NCBI GenBank assembly: GCA_016186995.1
Contig: JACPKQ010000016.1
Coordinates: 5,627-69,626 of the forward strand
Direction: 5' to 3'
Source of the DNA: Deltaproteobacteria bacterium
Lineage (GTDB): Bacteria; Bdellovibrionota; JACOXK01
Length of the DNA: 64,000 nucleotides
Part shown: piece by piece, positions 55,698-64,000 of the stretch
Layout of the letters: the number at the start of each line of letters is the position of its first letter
How positions within the stretch are numbered: the first letter of the stretch is position 1
Program-made: the position numbers and the translations under genes
The notes under the pieces: generated by a model
The model's input: only the letters and a program-made list of their open reading frames with translations
Told to the model about the DNA's origin: nothing
Database searches by the model: none

Positions 55698-56593
55698 TTC
55701 CTTTTCTTTCCCATTCCTATTTTACAACTCCAACTTATGTTTTTGAACACGGAGCAACTTCAAGACAAATCATAAGAACTCTAAAAATAGATTATAAAAT
55801 TAAATTTTCCGAAAACTCTCAATCTTGTCTTCAATCGCTTTATCTCTCATCCCCAGATTCTTATCGCATGGAATTACAATGTGGGGATGAGAAAAAAAAT
55901 TTTGGTAGCTCATCTGATTTCTCTTTTGGTTTGTGGAAAATCCTTTTTTCATCATCTGAAAATGCCATATTTAGTGCGCTTCAGGAAAAAAATATTCTTG
56001 AAACTTTTTCCGGAACGCTTCCTCTGCCCCTCTTTAAAAAAGAGAAGTTTATTCTTAAAAAGAACCCTCTTACAAACGAAAAAAATCTTGAAAAAACAGA
56101 TTTAAAAGAATTAGAAGAGCGTTTTGAACCGGAAAACATTGTTTATATTGATAATATAGAATTTAAAAAATTTACTACTGCACGGGCCCAATTTTTACCT
56201 GTTAAGTTTGAAGACGGTTTTGCACAAAAAATATTTTTACCTCAAAATGACATGGCTTATATTTTAATGGATTTTACAAATCGTGCTGAAAAAATTTATC
56301 CATCTCCTCTTATTTTTAGATTTTTTCACGAAGAGGTTTTATATCAAGTGCGTTTCGAAGACTATCATCTTCATAAAGGTGTTTTAAGAATACCTAAAAA
56401 AATAACAGTTTCAGAAATTGAAAGGAAAGAAATAGAAGAAGGCTTTGAAGAAACTGAAACCTCTTTTGCACAAATGGAATTCGAACAAGTTCTTGTAAAC
56501 ATACGCATTTCTCCAGATTTTTTTAATATTAAAGAAAATTCAAGCCTTTCTCATAATGAGATGGAAAAACTCTTAGATCTTTGTTATCGCTAA
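55649..56593 (+). CDS. hypothetical protein (hydrophobic N-terminus), overlapping galU 3' end by 49 nt; start uncertain
   Basis: 314-aa ORF with no recognisable motif; signal-like FSLFFLIPFLSHSYF. Confidence 0.4.
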   Translation: MESRTQKICGFSLFFLIPFLSHSYFTTPTYVFEHGATSRQIIRTLKIDYKIKFSENSQSCLQSLYLSSPDSYRMELQCGDEKKNFGSSSDFSFGLWKILFSSSENAIFSALQEKNILETFSGTLPLPLFKKEKFILKKNPLTNEKNLEKTDLKELEERFEPENIVYIDNIEFKKFTTARAQFLPVKFEDGFAQKIFLPQNDMAYILMDFTNRAEKIYPSPLIFRFFHEEVLYQVRFEDYHLHKGVLRIPKKITVSEIERKEIEEGFEETETSFAQMEFEQVLVNIRISPDFFNIKENSSLSHNEMEKLLDLCYR

Positions 56594-56596
56594 AAC

Positions 56597-57946
56597 ATGA
56601 CTCTTTTAAAAACTCTTGAAACCATTGATAGCTTTATCTGGGGGCTCCCCCTTATTACTCTTCTTGTAGGAACAGGTTTATTTCTTACTATAAGACTTAA
56701 TTTTGTTCAGTTTCTTCACTGGAGACATGCACTTGATCTGATTCGAGGAAAGTACGACAATAAAAATGACGAGGGAGACATCTCTCATTTCCAAGCGTTA
56801 AGCGCAGCTCTTTCAGCCACCATTGGTCTTGGAAACATTGCTGGGGTTGCACTAGCTATTACTATGGGTGGCCCTGGTGCTGTTTTTTGGATGTGGGTTA
56901 CAGCACTTGTGGGTATGGCTACAAAGTACACAAGCTGTACTTTAGCTGTAAAATATAGATTGACTCACAAAAATGGTTCTATAAGTGGTGGGCCCATGTA
57001 TTTTATTGAAAAAGGATTGGGCCCACGTTTCAAGTTTCTTTCTGTATTTTTCTCTTTTGCTTGTATTTTTGCAGCCTTTGGAATGGGAAATATGTTTCAA
57101 GCTAATCAAGTAGCCAAAGCTCTTTTTGACGGCTTTCACATACCTCACTACATGACAGGAATTATTTTAGCCGTCTTAGCTTATCTTGTAATCATTGGTG
57201 GTATCAAACGAATTGGTCAAGTGGCCTCTCGCCTTGTCCCTTTTATGTGTCTTCTTTACATAGTAGCCGCCATCCTTATTCTGATTATTAAAATAGATGT
57301 TCTTGTAAACTCTTTTCTTCTCATTATGACCTCCGCTTTTACAGGAACAGCAGCCATAGGTGGATTTGCTGGAGTTGCTGTTTCAAAAACAATCGTTAAA
57401 GGTGTGGCCCGGGGTATTTTTTCCAATGAAGCTGGGCTTGGTTCTTCCCCTATTGCCCATGCTGCAGCCAAAACAAAAGAACCCGTTCGAGAAGGACTTG
57501 TTGCTATGGCAGAACCTTTTATTGATACTATTATTATTTGCTCAATGACCGCTCTTGTTATCGTATCTACAGGAGTGTGGACAGAAGCAGAAGGTATAGC
57601 AGGAATTGCTCTCACTATCAAAGCTTTTGAATCTGTTTTACCTCATTTTGGGGGTTATATTGTTATTTTTTCTGCGACACTTTTTGCTTTTTCAACCATG
57701 ATTAGTTGGTCCTATTATGGGGAAAGAAGTGCTGAATATATTTTAGGAGAAAAAGCTGTTTATGCTTTTAAAATGGCTTATGTTTTTCTCATTGTAGTGG
57801 GTGCTGTTTATGAGCTTACACCTATCATCTTGTTTTGCGATATAGCTAATGCCTGTATGGCAATCCCAACACTTTTTGCTTTAGTAGCTTTAAGTGGTAT
57901 TGTAAAAAAACTAACTCAAGATTATTTTGAAAGAACTTTTTCTTAA
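56597..57946 (+). CDS. sodium:alanine (AGCS-family) symporter
   Basis: ISHFQALSAALSATIGLGNIAGVALAITMGGPGAVFWMW is the AGCS signature. Confidence 0.85.
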   Translation: MTLLKTLETIDSFIWGLPLITLLVGTGLFLTIRLNFVQFLHWRHALDLIRGKYDNKNDEGDISHFQALSAALSATIGLGNIAGVALAITMGGPGAVFWMWVTALVGMATKYTSCTLAVKYRLTHKNGSISGGPMYFIEKGLGPRFKFLSVFFSFACIFAAFGMGNMFQANQVAKALFDGFHIPHYMTGIILAVLAYLVIIGGIKRIGQVASRLVPFMCLLYIVAAILILIIKIDVLVNSFLLIMTSAFTGTAAIGGFAGVAVSKTIVKGVARGIFSNEAGLGSSPIAHAAAKTKEPVREGLVAMAEPFIDTIIICSMTALVIVSTGVWTEAEGIAGIALTIKAFESVLPHFGGYIVIFSATLFAFSTMISWSYYGERSAEYILGEKAVYAFKMAYVFLIVVGAVYELTPIILFCDIANACMAIPTLFALVALSGIVKKLTQDYFERTFS

Positions 57947-59903
57947 TATTATTGTCCCCCTTCCTCTTAAGTCCGTCTACGTTTATAAACTCCCTGAAAA
58001 CTTAAAAGACCAATACTCCTTCGGAAAAAGAGTTCTTATCCCTTTTGGGAAACGAAAAACTTATGGATATGCACTAGAACTTCTTTCTGAAAAACCCAAT
58101 GACATTAAAAATATTAAAGAAATTTTGGGGTTTTCTGAAGAACCTGAAATTTTTGATATTCACATGATCCGATTTTTTAACTGGATCTCCAATTATTATC
58201 ACCACCCTCTAGGACAAGTTATCAAAACAGCAACCCCTCAATTTAAAAACTTTCGCCCTCTTAAGGAAAAGAATATAAAACACAAACCTGAAGAACCCCT
58301 TGTGTTTCAAGAAGATCAAAAAAAGGTTTTTGAAACTATCTCAGAAACTTTGAATAAAAAAACTTTCAAAACCTTTCTTATTCATGGTGTTACTGGAAGT
58401 GGAAAAACAGAAATTTATTTACAACTTATTGAAAAAAACCTTTTGCTGGGCAAATCAAGTATTGTCTTAGTTCCAGAAATATCTCTCACACCACAAATGG
58501 AATCCCGATTTAAAAAACGCTTTGGAAATAAAATTACAACCTATCACTCAGGGCTTTCGGGGAGAGAACGCTATTGGAATTGGAGAAAAGCAAAAGAAGG
58601 AAGTGTTTCTATTATTTTAGGAACTCGAAGTGCTATTTTTGCTCCTTTTAAAGATTTAGGCCTTATTATTATCGATGAAGAACACGATTCTTCATTTAAA
58701 CAAGAATCAGGCCTCCTTTATAATGCACGCAACCTTGCGTTAGTCCGAGGTCAACTTGAAAACTTTCCTGTGGTTTTAGGATCAGCAACCCCCAGTCTTG
58801 AATCTTATTATGCAGCACAAAAAGGAAAATATACTTATCTTCACTTGCCCTCTCGAATCAACAAACGCCCCTTACCCCAAGTTAAAATTTTAAGTCTTCA
58901 AAATAAAACGGAGCTTATGAGCTTCGAACTTAAAAAACACATTGAAAAGGTTTTAGAAAAAAAAGAGCAAGTTCTTCTTTTTTTAAATCGTCGTGGATTT
59001 TCTCATTTTCTTCTTTGTACACATTGCGGATATACAGCAAAATGCTCTCATTGTAGTGTTACCCTTACTTACCATAAAAAAAACAACCATCTTAAATGCC
59101 ATCACTGTAACGCAACAAAGGCAACTTTTACACAATGTCCAGAATGTCATAACGAAAAAATTAAAGATATTGGCTCGGGAACAGAAAAAATTGAAGAGAT
59201 GATTCAAAAAATGTTTCCTCAAGCGTGCGTTGCTCGCCTTGATCGAGATAAAACAAATAAAAAAGGGGTACTTCAAGACACACTTTCAAAAATGGGGAAA
59301 AAAGAGATTGATATTCTTATTGGAACACAAATGATCACAAAAGGTCATGACTTTCCAGATATCACACTTGTGGGCATTTTGATGGCTGACTCTTCTTTAA
59401 ACCTTCCTGATTTTAGAGCGGGGGAAAGAACATTCCAACTTATAACTCAGGTGGCAGGTCGTGCTGGACGTGGGGAAAAACCAGGTTTTGTCTATATTCA
59501 AACCTTTAACCCTGATTTATATATTTTGAAACATGCTCAAACTCATGACTTTGAAAGTTTTGCACAAAAAGAACTCTTGAGTAGGGAAAGCTTACTTTAT
59601 CCCCCTTTTTCAAGGTTGTGTAACATTCGAATTCAAGGAAAAAACTATGAAAAAACATGGGAATGTGCAGTGCATATTAAAAATAGACTTTTAAAATATA
59701 AAGATTCTAAAAAAATAGAAATGAGAGGCCCTTCTCCTGCCCCTCTTTCCAAAGTTCAAGGCAGATTCCGTTTCCACATACTTTTAAAAGCCCAAACAAC
59801 AAAAATTTTACACCAAAACCTTCTTCTTATCTCCCAAAACTTAGAAGAACCTTCTTATAATGTTCAACTCTCGTTAGATATTGACCCTTTGAATCTCTTA
59901 TAA
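57927..59903 (+). CDS. priA: primosomal protein N' (replication restart helicase)
   Basis: Walker A GVTGSGKTE, DEEHD, and Cys-rich zinc-binding region CTHCGYTAKCSHC...HLKCHHC. Confidence 0.85.
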   Translation: MKELFLNIIVPLPLKSVYVYKLPENLKDQYSFGKRVLIPFGKRKTYGYALELLSEKPNDIKNIKEILGFSEEPEIFDIHMIRFFNWISNYYHHPLGQVIKTATPQFKNFRPLKEKNIKHKPEEPLVFQEDQKKVFETISETLNKKTFKTFLIHGVTGSGKTEIYLQLIEKNLLLGKSSIVLVPEISLTPQMESRFKKRFGNKITTYHSGLSGRERYWNWRKAKEGSVSIILGTRSAIFAPFKDLGLIIIDEEHDSSFKQESGLLYNARNLALVRGQLENFPVVLGSATPSLESYYAAQKGKYTYLHLPSRINKRPLPQVKILSLQNKTELMSFELKKHIEKVLEKKEQVLLFLNRRGFSHFLLCTHCGYTAKCSHCSVTLTYHKKNNHLKCHHCNATKATFTQCPECHNEKIKDIGSGTEKIEEMIQKMFPQACVARLDRDKTNKKGVLQDTLSKMGKKEIDILIGTQMITKGHDFPDITLVGILMADSSLNLPDFRAGERTFQLITQVAGRAGRGEKPGFVYIQTFNPDLYILKHAQTHDFESFAQKELLSRESLLYPPFSRLCNIRIQGKNYEKTWECAVHIKNRLLKYKDSKKIEMRGPSPAPLSKVQGRFRFHILLKAQTTKILHQNLLLISQNLEEPSYNVQLSLDIDPLNLL

Positions 59904-59926
59904 AGTAGACGTATACTTGGGGTAAG

Positions 59927-61039
59927 ATGAAAAAAAATGCTTTCAAACTCACAATACTTGATCAATATTTTTTAAAAAAATTTATTTTTTACTTTTTTAC
60001 TTGCTATATTATTTTCATCTCTTTCTATTTTATCATCTCATTTATGACAGACTCTGATTATTTAAAAAGTGAATTTCTTCTTGTTTTAAAAGAGTATATT
60101 TATCTACTACCATCCGTGGTTTATATTCTTATGATCCCAGTCATTCTTTTGGCCGCTTTGTTTACCTTCTCATTTTTCGCTAGAAATTCAGAACTCATCG
60201 CAATACAAGCCAATGGAGTAAGTTCATATAGACTTTTTTCTTTGTTAATACTTACAACACTTTTCTTGGGGGGTATTGTGCTTATAATTTCTGACAGACT
60301 CACTGAAAAGTATTTTGAAAAAGCTATTCAAATTAAATACGTGGAAATAAGAAAAGACCGTAGCTTCTCTTTTTTTAAAACTGGAAAACTTTGGTATCGA
60401 TCAGATAATATTATTTTAAATATTGATTCATTTGATCATATCAATAATACTTTTCACAATGTTACTGCTTACACTGTAGATGAAAGTTTTAAATTAATCA
60501 GCCACATAGATGCTCACAGTTGTAGGTTTTCAAACAACCAGTGGGTTCTTTATGATGGTATGGAGTTCTCATACGAAAACACAAACAATGTTTTTCCTAC
60601 CATAAATAAATTCCACTCTAAAACTATTAAAATTAACAAAAAACCAGACGATTTTGGTATTTTACAAAAAAGGAAATTTGGTTTTTATTCTATTAAAGAT
60701 CTTAAAGAAATTATTAAAAAAAATGAAAAACTCGGAGTATCTACACTTTATTACAAAACACAATTACATAGTAAATTTTCTCAACTTTTTAGCTTGCTTG
60801 TTATGATTTTTTTAGCCATCCCCTTTGCTTTTACAAACTACAAAAAAATATCTAATACTCATAATATCGTTGTAGGTCTTGCAATCTCCTTTATTTTTGG
60901 AAGTTTTCACTCAACCTTTACATCACTCGGAAGTTCTGGTGTTTTATATCCTTTTATAGCTGCTTGGGGGGCTAATATTATTTTTATATTTATTGGTGCT
61001 TATATTTTTTGGCACAAGAGGGAAGAATGGCAATTTTAA
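59927..61039 (+). CDS. LptF/LptG-family LPS export permease (YjgP/YjgQ)
   Basis: 370 aa. N-terminal three-TM bundle, large periplasmic beta-jellyroll insert, and C-terminal TMs, as in the LptF/G architecture. Confidence 0.65.
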   Translation: MKKNAFKLTILDQYFLKKFIFYFFTCYIIFISFYFIISFMTDSDYLKSEFLLVLKEYIYLLPSVVYILMIPVILLAALFTFSFFARNSELIAIQANGVSSYRLFSLLILTTLFLGGIVLIISDRLTEKYFEKAIQIKYVEIRKDRSFSFFKTGKLWYRSDNIILNIDSFDHINNTFHNVTAYTVDESFKLISHIDAHSCRFSNNQWVLYDGMEFSYENTNNVFPTINKFHSKTIKINKKPDDFGILQKRKFGFYSIKDLKEIIKKNEKLGVSTLYYKTQLHSKFSQLFSLLVMIFLAIPFAFTNYKKISNTHNIVVGLAISFIFGSFHSTFTSLGSSGVLYPFIAAWGANIIFIFIGAYIFWHKREEWQF

Positions 61040-61542
61040 AAATAGTAACAATTCCAGATCCAATTCTTAGAAAAAAGCTTGCGTCTGTAAAAAATATTAA
61101 TAAAAAAATGGTTCAATTAGCTCATGATATGTTGGAAACAATGTATAACGCACCAGGAATAGGTCTTGCCGCAAACCAAGTAGGTTTTGATTATCAACTC
61201 GCTGTTATTGATGCTACAAGAAGCCCAGAAGAAAAAGGAAAAAATCCTATTATTCTATTCAACCCAAAACTTCTAGAAAAAAAAGGAAAAATTATAAATG
61301 ATGAGGGTTGTTTAAGCATCCCTAGGATTTATGATCGGGTCATGCGAGCTCAAAAAGTAAAAGTTTCTTATCAAAATGAGCACGGAAAAGAAAAAATTAT
61401 CGAAGCCGATGGCCTTTTAGCACAAGCTCTTCAGCATGAAATCGATCATCTTAACGGAAATCTTTACATCGATTTACTCAGCTCTCTTAAACGCAATTTG
61501 ATCCTTAAAAAATATAAAAAACTTAAAAATGAAAAAAAATAA
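61027..61542 (+). CDS. def: peptide deformylase
   Basis: GIGLAANQVG, EGCLSIP and QHEIDHLNG are the three Def motifs. Confidence 0.9.
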   Translation: MAILKIVTIPDPILRKKLASVKNINKKMVQLAHDMLETMYNAPGIGLAANQVGFDYQLAVIDATRSPEEKGKNPIILFNPKLLEKKGKIINDEGCLSIPRIYDRVMRAQKVKVSYQNEHGKEKIIEADGLLAQALQHEIDHLNGNLYIDLLSSLKRNLILKKYKKLKNEKK

Positions 61543-62476
61543 AATAAAAATTCTTTTTTTGGGAACCCCCTTTTTTTCTGTTCCAAGCTTAGAAGCTCTC
61601 CACAAAAGCGAACTTTGTGAACTTATAGGTATAGTGACCCAACCCGATCGCCCTCAAGGGAGAGGACAAAAATTAAAACCTGGTGCTGTCAAAGAATATG
61701 CCTTAAAAAATAAAATTCCTTGTTTTCAATTTCAATCTATAAACTCTTCTAAAGCTTTGAATGAGTTAAAAAAATTAAAACCTTCACTTATTTTTGTGGT
61801 TTCTTTTGGACAAATTCTCTCAGAAGAAATTTTAAACTTAAGCCCTTTGGGTTGTTTGAATGCTCACGCTTCTCTTTTACCCCAATATCGAGGTGCTGCT
61901 CCTATTAATTGGGTTTTGATTCGTGGAGAAAAAGAAACAGGGGTGTGTATTATTAAACTTATTAAAAAGTTGGATGCCGGTCCCGTTGTTATTCAAGAAA
62001 AGGTTAAAATCTCTCACAATGACAACTATGAAACGCTTTATAAAAAACTTGCCTCTCTTTCTGCAAAACTTATTCTTAAAACCCTAGTGCTTGCCCAAAA
62101 AAACCAACTTAAATTTCAAGAACAAGATCACAATAAAGCTACTTATGCTCCAAAAATCGAAAAAACTCAGTGTCACATCAATTGGAATGATAAAGCTTCT
62201 CATATCCATAATTTTATACGGGGACTTTCGCCTATTCCTTGTGCATTTACGTTTTTTGAAGGACAAAGATTTAAGGTTTATGCTTCTCAAATATCAAAAA
62301 TAAAAGCTAACAACAAACCTGGTACTATTGAAGAATGCAACCCAACTGGTATTTTAGTAAATACACAGGACAAGAGGCTTTTCTTGACAGAAATCCAGCT
62401 AGAAAATAAGAAGAAAATGTCTGCCTCCCTTTTTCTACAGGGGAAAAAACTTAAAAAAGGAACCTGTCTTGGATAA
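61529..62476 (+). CDS. fmt: methionyl-tRNA formyltransferase
   Basis: KILFLGTP...VTQPDRPQGRG...LNAHASLLPQYRGAAPI are formyltransferase motifs. def-fmt are coupled. Confidence 0.9.
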   Translation: MKKNKIKILFLGTPFFSVPSLEALHKSELCELIGIVTQPDRPQGRGQKLKPGAVKEYALKNKIPCFQFQSINSSKALNELKKLKPSLIFVVSFGQILSEEILNLSPLGCLNAHASLLPQYRGAAPINWVLIRGEKETGVCIIKLIKKLDAGPVVIQEKVKISHNDNYETLYKKLASLSAKLILKTLVLAQKNQLKFQEQDHNKATYAPKIEKTQCHINWNDKASHIHNFIRGLSPIPCAFTFFEGQRFKVYASQISKIKANNKPGTIEECNPTGILVNTQDKRLFLTEIQLENKKKMSASLFLQGKKLKKGTCLG

Positions 62477-63128
62477 AAAATATAAAATTGCCCCAAGCAT
62501 TCTTTCTGCTGATTTTTCAAGACTTGGAGAAGAAATAAAAGCAACAGAAAAAGCTGGTGTTGATCTTTTCCACATTGATGTTATGGATGGACATTTTGTT
62601 CCTAACATCACTATGGGGCCTATCATGGTGGAGGCTGCACGAAAAGTAACAAAACTCCCTCTAGATACCCACCTTATGATTGAAAATCCAGAAAAATACA
62701 TTGAAGCTTTTATCAAAGCAGGTTCTACAGGCATAAGTGTTCATATTGAAACCTGTAAAAATCTTCCGGAAACCCTTCACATGATCCACAATTTTGGAGC
62801 AAAACCTGGCATTGCTATTAATCCCGACACACCTATCGAAAAACTCACCCCTTTCCTTGAAAAAACCCAATACATCCTTGTTATGAGTGTTCACCCGGGT
62901 TTTGGAGGACAAAAATTTATTGAATCAACTTATGAAAAAATTAAAAAACTTGCCCATCTTATAAAAAAATCAAAACAAAAAATTGATATTGCTATTGATG
63001 GTGGGGTTGGACTGGACAATATTAAAAAACTTAAAGACGCAGGGGTTAATATTTTTGTGGCTGGAAGTGCAATTTTTAAAAGTAGGGATTATGCAGAAAC
63101 AATTCAAAAAATGAGGGGGGCTTTATGA
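62469..63128 (+). CDS. rpe: ribulose-phosphate 3-epimerase
   Basis: IAPSILSADFSRLGEEI...HIDVMDGHFVPNIT...VHPGFGGQKF. Confidence 0.9.
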   Translation: MDKKYKIAPSILSADFSRLGEEIKATEKAGVDLFHIDVMDGHFVPNITMGPIMVEAARKVTKLPLDTHLMIENPEKYIEAFIKAGSTGISVHIETCKNLPETLHMIHNFGAKPGIAINPDTPIEKLTPFLEKTQYILVMSVHPGFGGQKFIESTYEKIKKLAHLIKKSKQKIDIAIDGGVGLDNIKKLKDAGVNIFVAGSAIFKSRDYAETIQKMRGAL

Positions 63129-63529
63129 CTCCTAAAAAAGAAGACGTTGAAAAAATAGAAGGCTTTCTTAAAAAGCTTAAAATCGATCCTCAAAAAGCAC
63201 AACAAGGAGACAATGCATGGCTTATACGCCAAGGTAATGCCCATATTTTTGTTCTTGTTGCGGGTGGTTTTCTTATTTTTCAATCTCCAATGATAGCTAC
63301 ACCCAAAACAAATATTCAAACACTTTACAGACTTTTGCTAGAACTCAATGATAATGCTTCAGAAACTTTGGGTACCGCTTTTGGTATTAATACCCACAAC
63401 GAGATTGTTCTTAAATCACTTTATCCGTTTCAAAGCCTTAGTTTTGAAGCTTTTTCTTACTTCATTACAAGCATTGCCCATGTTGCTGATAAATATCGAA
63501 AACAACTCAAAGAAAAGTTTGATGTTTAA
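63125..63529 (+). CDS. YbjN-like hypothetical protein
   Basis: 134 aa, mixed alpha/beta, no catalytic motif; resembles YbjN (putative sensory-transduction regulator) proteins in length and composition. Confidence 0.35.
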   Translation: MTPKKEDVEKIEGFLKKLKIDPQKAQQGDNAWLIRQGNAHIFVLVAGGFLIFQSPMIATPKTNIQTLYRLLLELNDNASETLGTAFGINTHNEIVLKSLYPFQSLSFEAFSYFITSIAHVADKYRKQLKEKFDV

Positions 63530-63530
63530 A

Positions 63531-64000
63531 ATGAAAAATAAAATTTTTCTCGACGGAGAAATACTAAAACTGAGCGATGTTGAAAAAGTTTCTTTGGGTG
63601 GTGCAAAAGTAAGTATCTCACCTCAAGCCATCTCTAAAATCCAAAATGGGAGAAAATTCATTGAAAACATTATTGATGGAAAACATATTGTTTATGGTGT
63701 GAACACAGGATTTGGACACCTTTCAAATAAAAAAATAAAAAATAATGAACTTGCTCAACTACAAAAAAATCTTATAAGAAGCCACTGCACAGGAATAGGT
63801 AATATTTGTTCCAAAGAAGTGGTTCGGGCTATGATGTTGTTACGCGCTAATACGCTTGCTAAAGGAAACTCTGGAGTGCGTCTTGAGGTTATAGAAAAAA
63901 TCATTGAGCTTCTCAATAAAGATACTTATCCCATTATTTATGAACAAGGCTCTGTAGGCGCTAGCGGGGATTTGGCACCCCTAGCACAATTAGCGCTGTG
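63531..64000 (+). CDS. hutH: histidine ammonia-lyase (N-terminal part; continues past window end)
   Basis: VYGVNTGFGHL and the MIO-forming GSVGASGDLAPLA motif (Ala-Ser-Gly triad). Confidence 0.85.
   Translation, partial: MKNKIFLDGEILKLSDVEKVSLGGAKVSISPQAISKIQNGRKFIENIIDGKHIVYGVNTGFGHLSNKKIKNNELAQLQKNLIRSHCTGIGNICSKEVVRAMMLLRANTLAKGNSGVRLEVIEKIIELLNKDTYPIIYEQGSVGASGDLAPLAQLAL

Noticed and set aside
1-64000. CRISPR array, tRNA, rRNA
   Set aside because: The many repeats are dispersed, of several unrelated families and not regularly spaced with unique spacers. No cloverleaf-compatible 70-90 nt segment with a conserved T-arm was seen in any intergenic gap. No rRNA-like conserved stretches.

Overview
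This is a 64 kb chromosomal segment from a low-GC (about one-third G+C by eye) Gram-negative bacterium, with roughly 75 genes densely packed on both strands. From the start, the window reads gatC-gatA (3' end of gatA cut by the window) and a compact Flp-pilin/TadE-like pseudopilin operon. Next come a SPOR-domain protein, a cupin plus mannose-1-P guanylyltransferase, recG, hypotheticals, a patatin-like phospholipase and a lytic transglycosylase. A block of putative metal-handling lipoproteins and an outer-membrane (OM) barrel follows, flanked by two half-size ABC exporters. Two tandem, incomplete NADH:quinone oxidoreductase (nuo) clusters come next: nuoA-H(disrupted)-JKLMN and nuoA-C-E-F-HJKLMN. 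These are followed by pilMNOPQ-aroC-aroB, an iron/cobalamin-type ABC uptake system with an OM barrel, a dksA/traR-like gene, galU, a Na+/alanine symporter, priA, an lptF/G-type permease, def-fmt-rpe and the start of hutH. The most unusual property is that the window is full of several families of short palindromic, MITE/RPE-like repeats. Some show compensatory stem changes between copies, and some sit inside coding sequence and are translated in-frame. They add a C-terminal tail to NuoM-2, an internal peptide to a TadE-like protein, an N-terminal pseudo-extension upstream of an ABC exporter, and the stop codon of a phosphatidyltransferase gene. Other notable points are an A18 homopolymer in the 5' coding region of an ABC exporter, perfect 74-bp inverted repeats bracketing a 7 kb gene block, direct ~155-bp repeats bracketing the iron-uptake island, and an out-of-frame internal deletion in the first nuoH copy. 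No rRNA, tRNA or CRISPR array was found.
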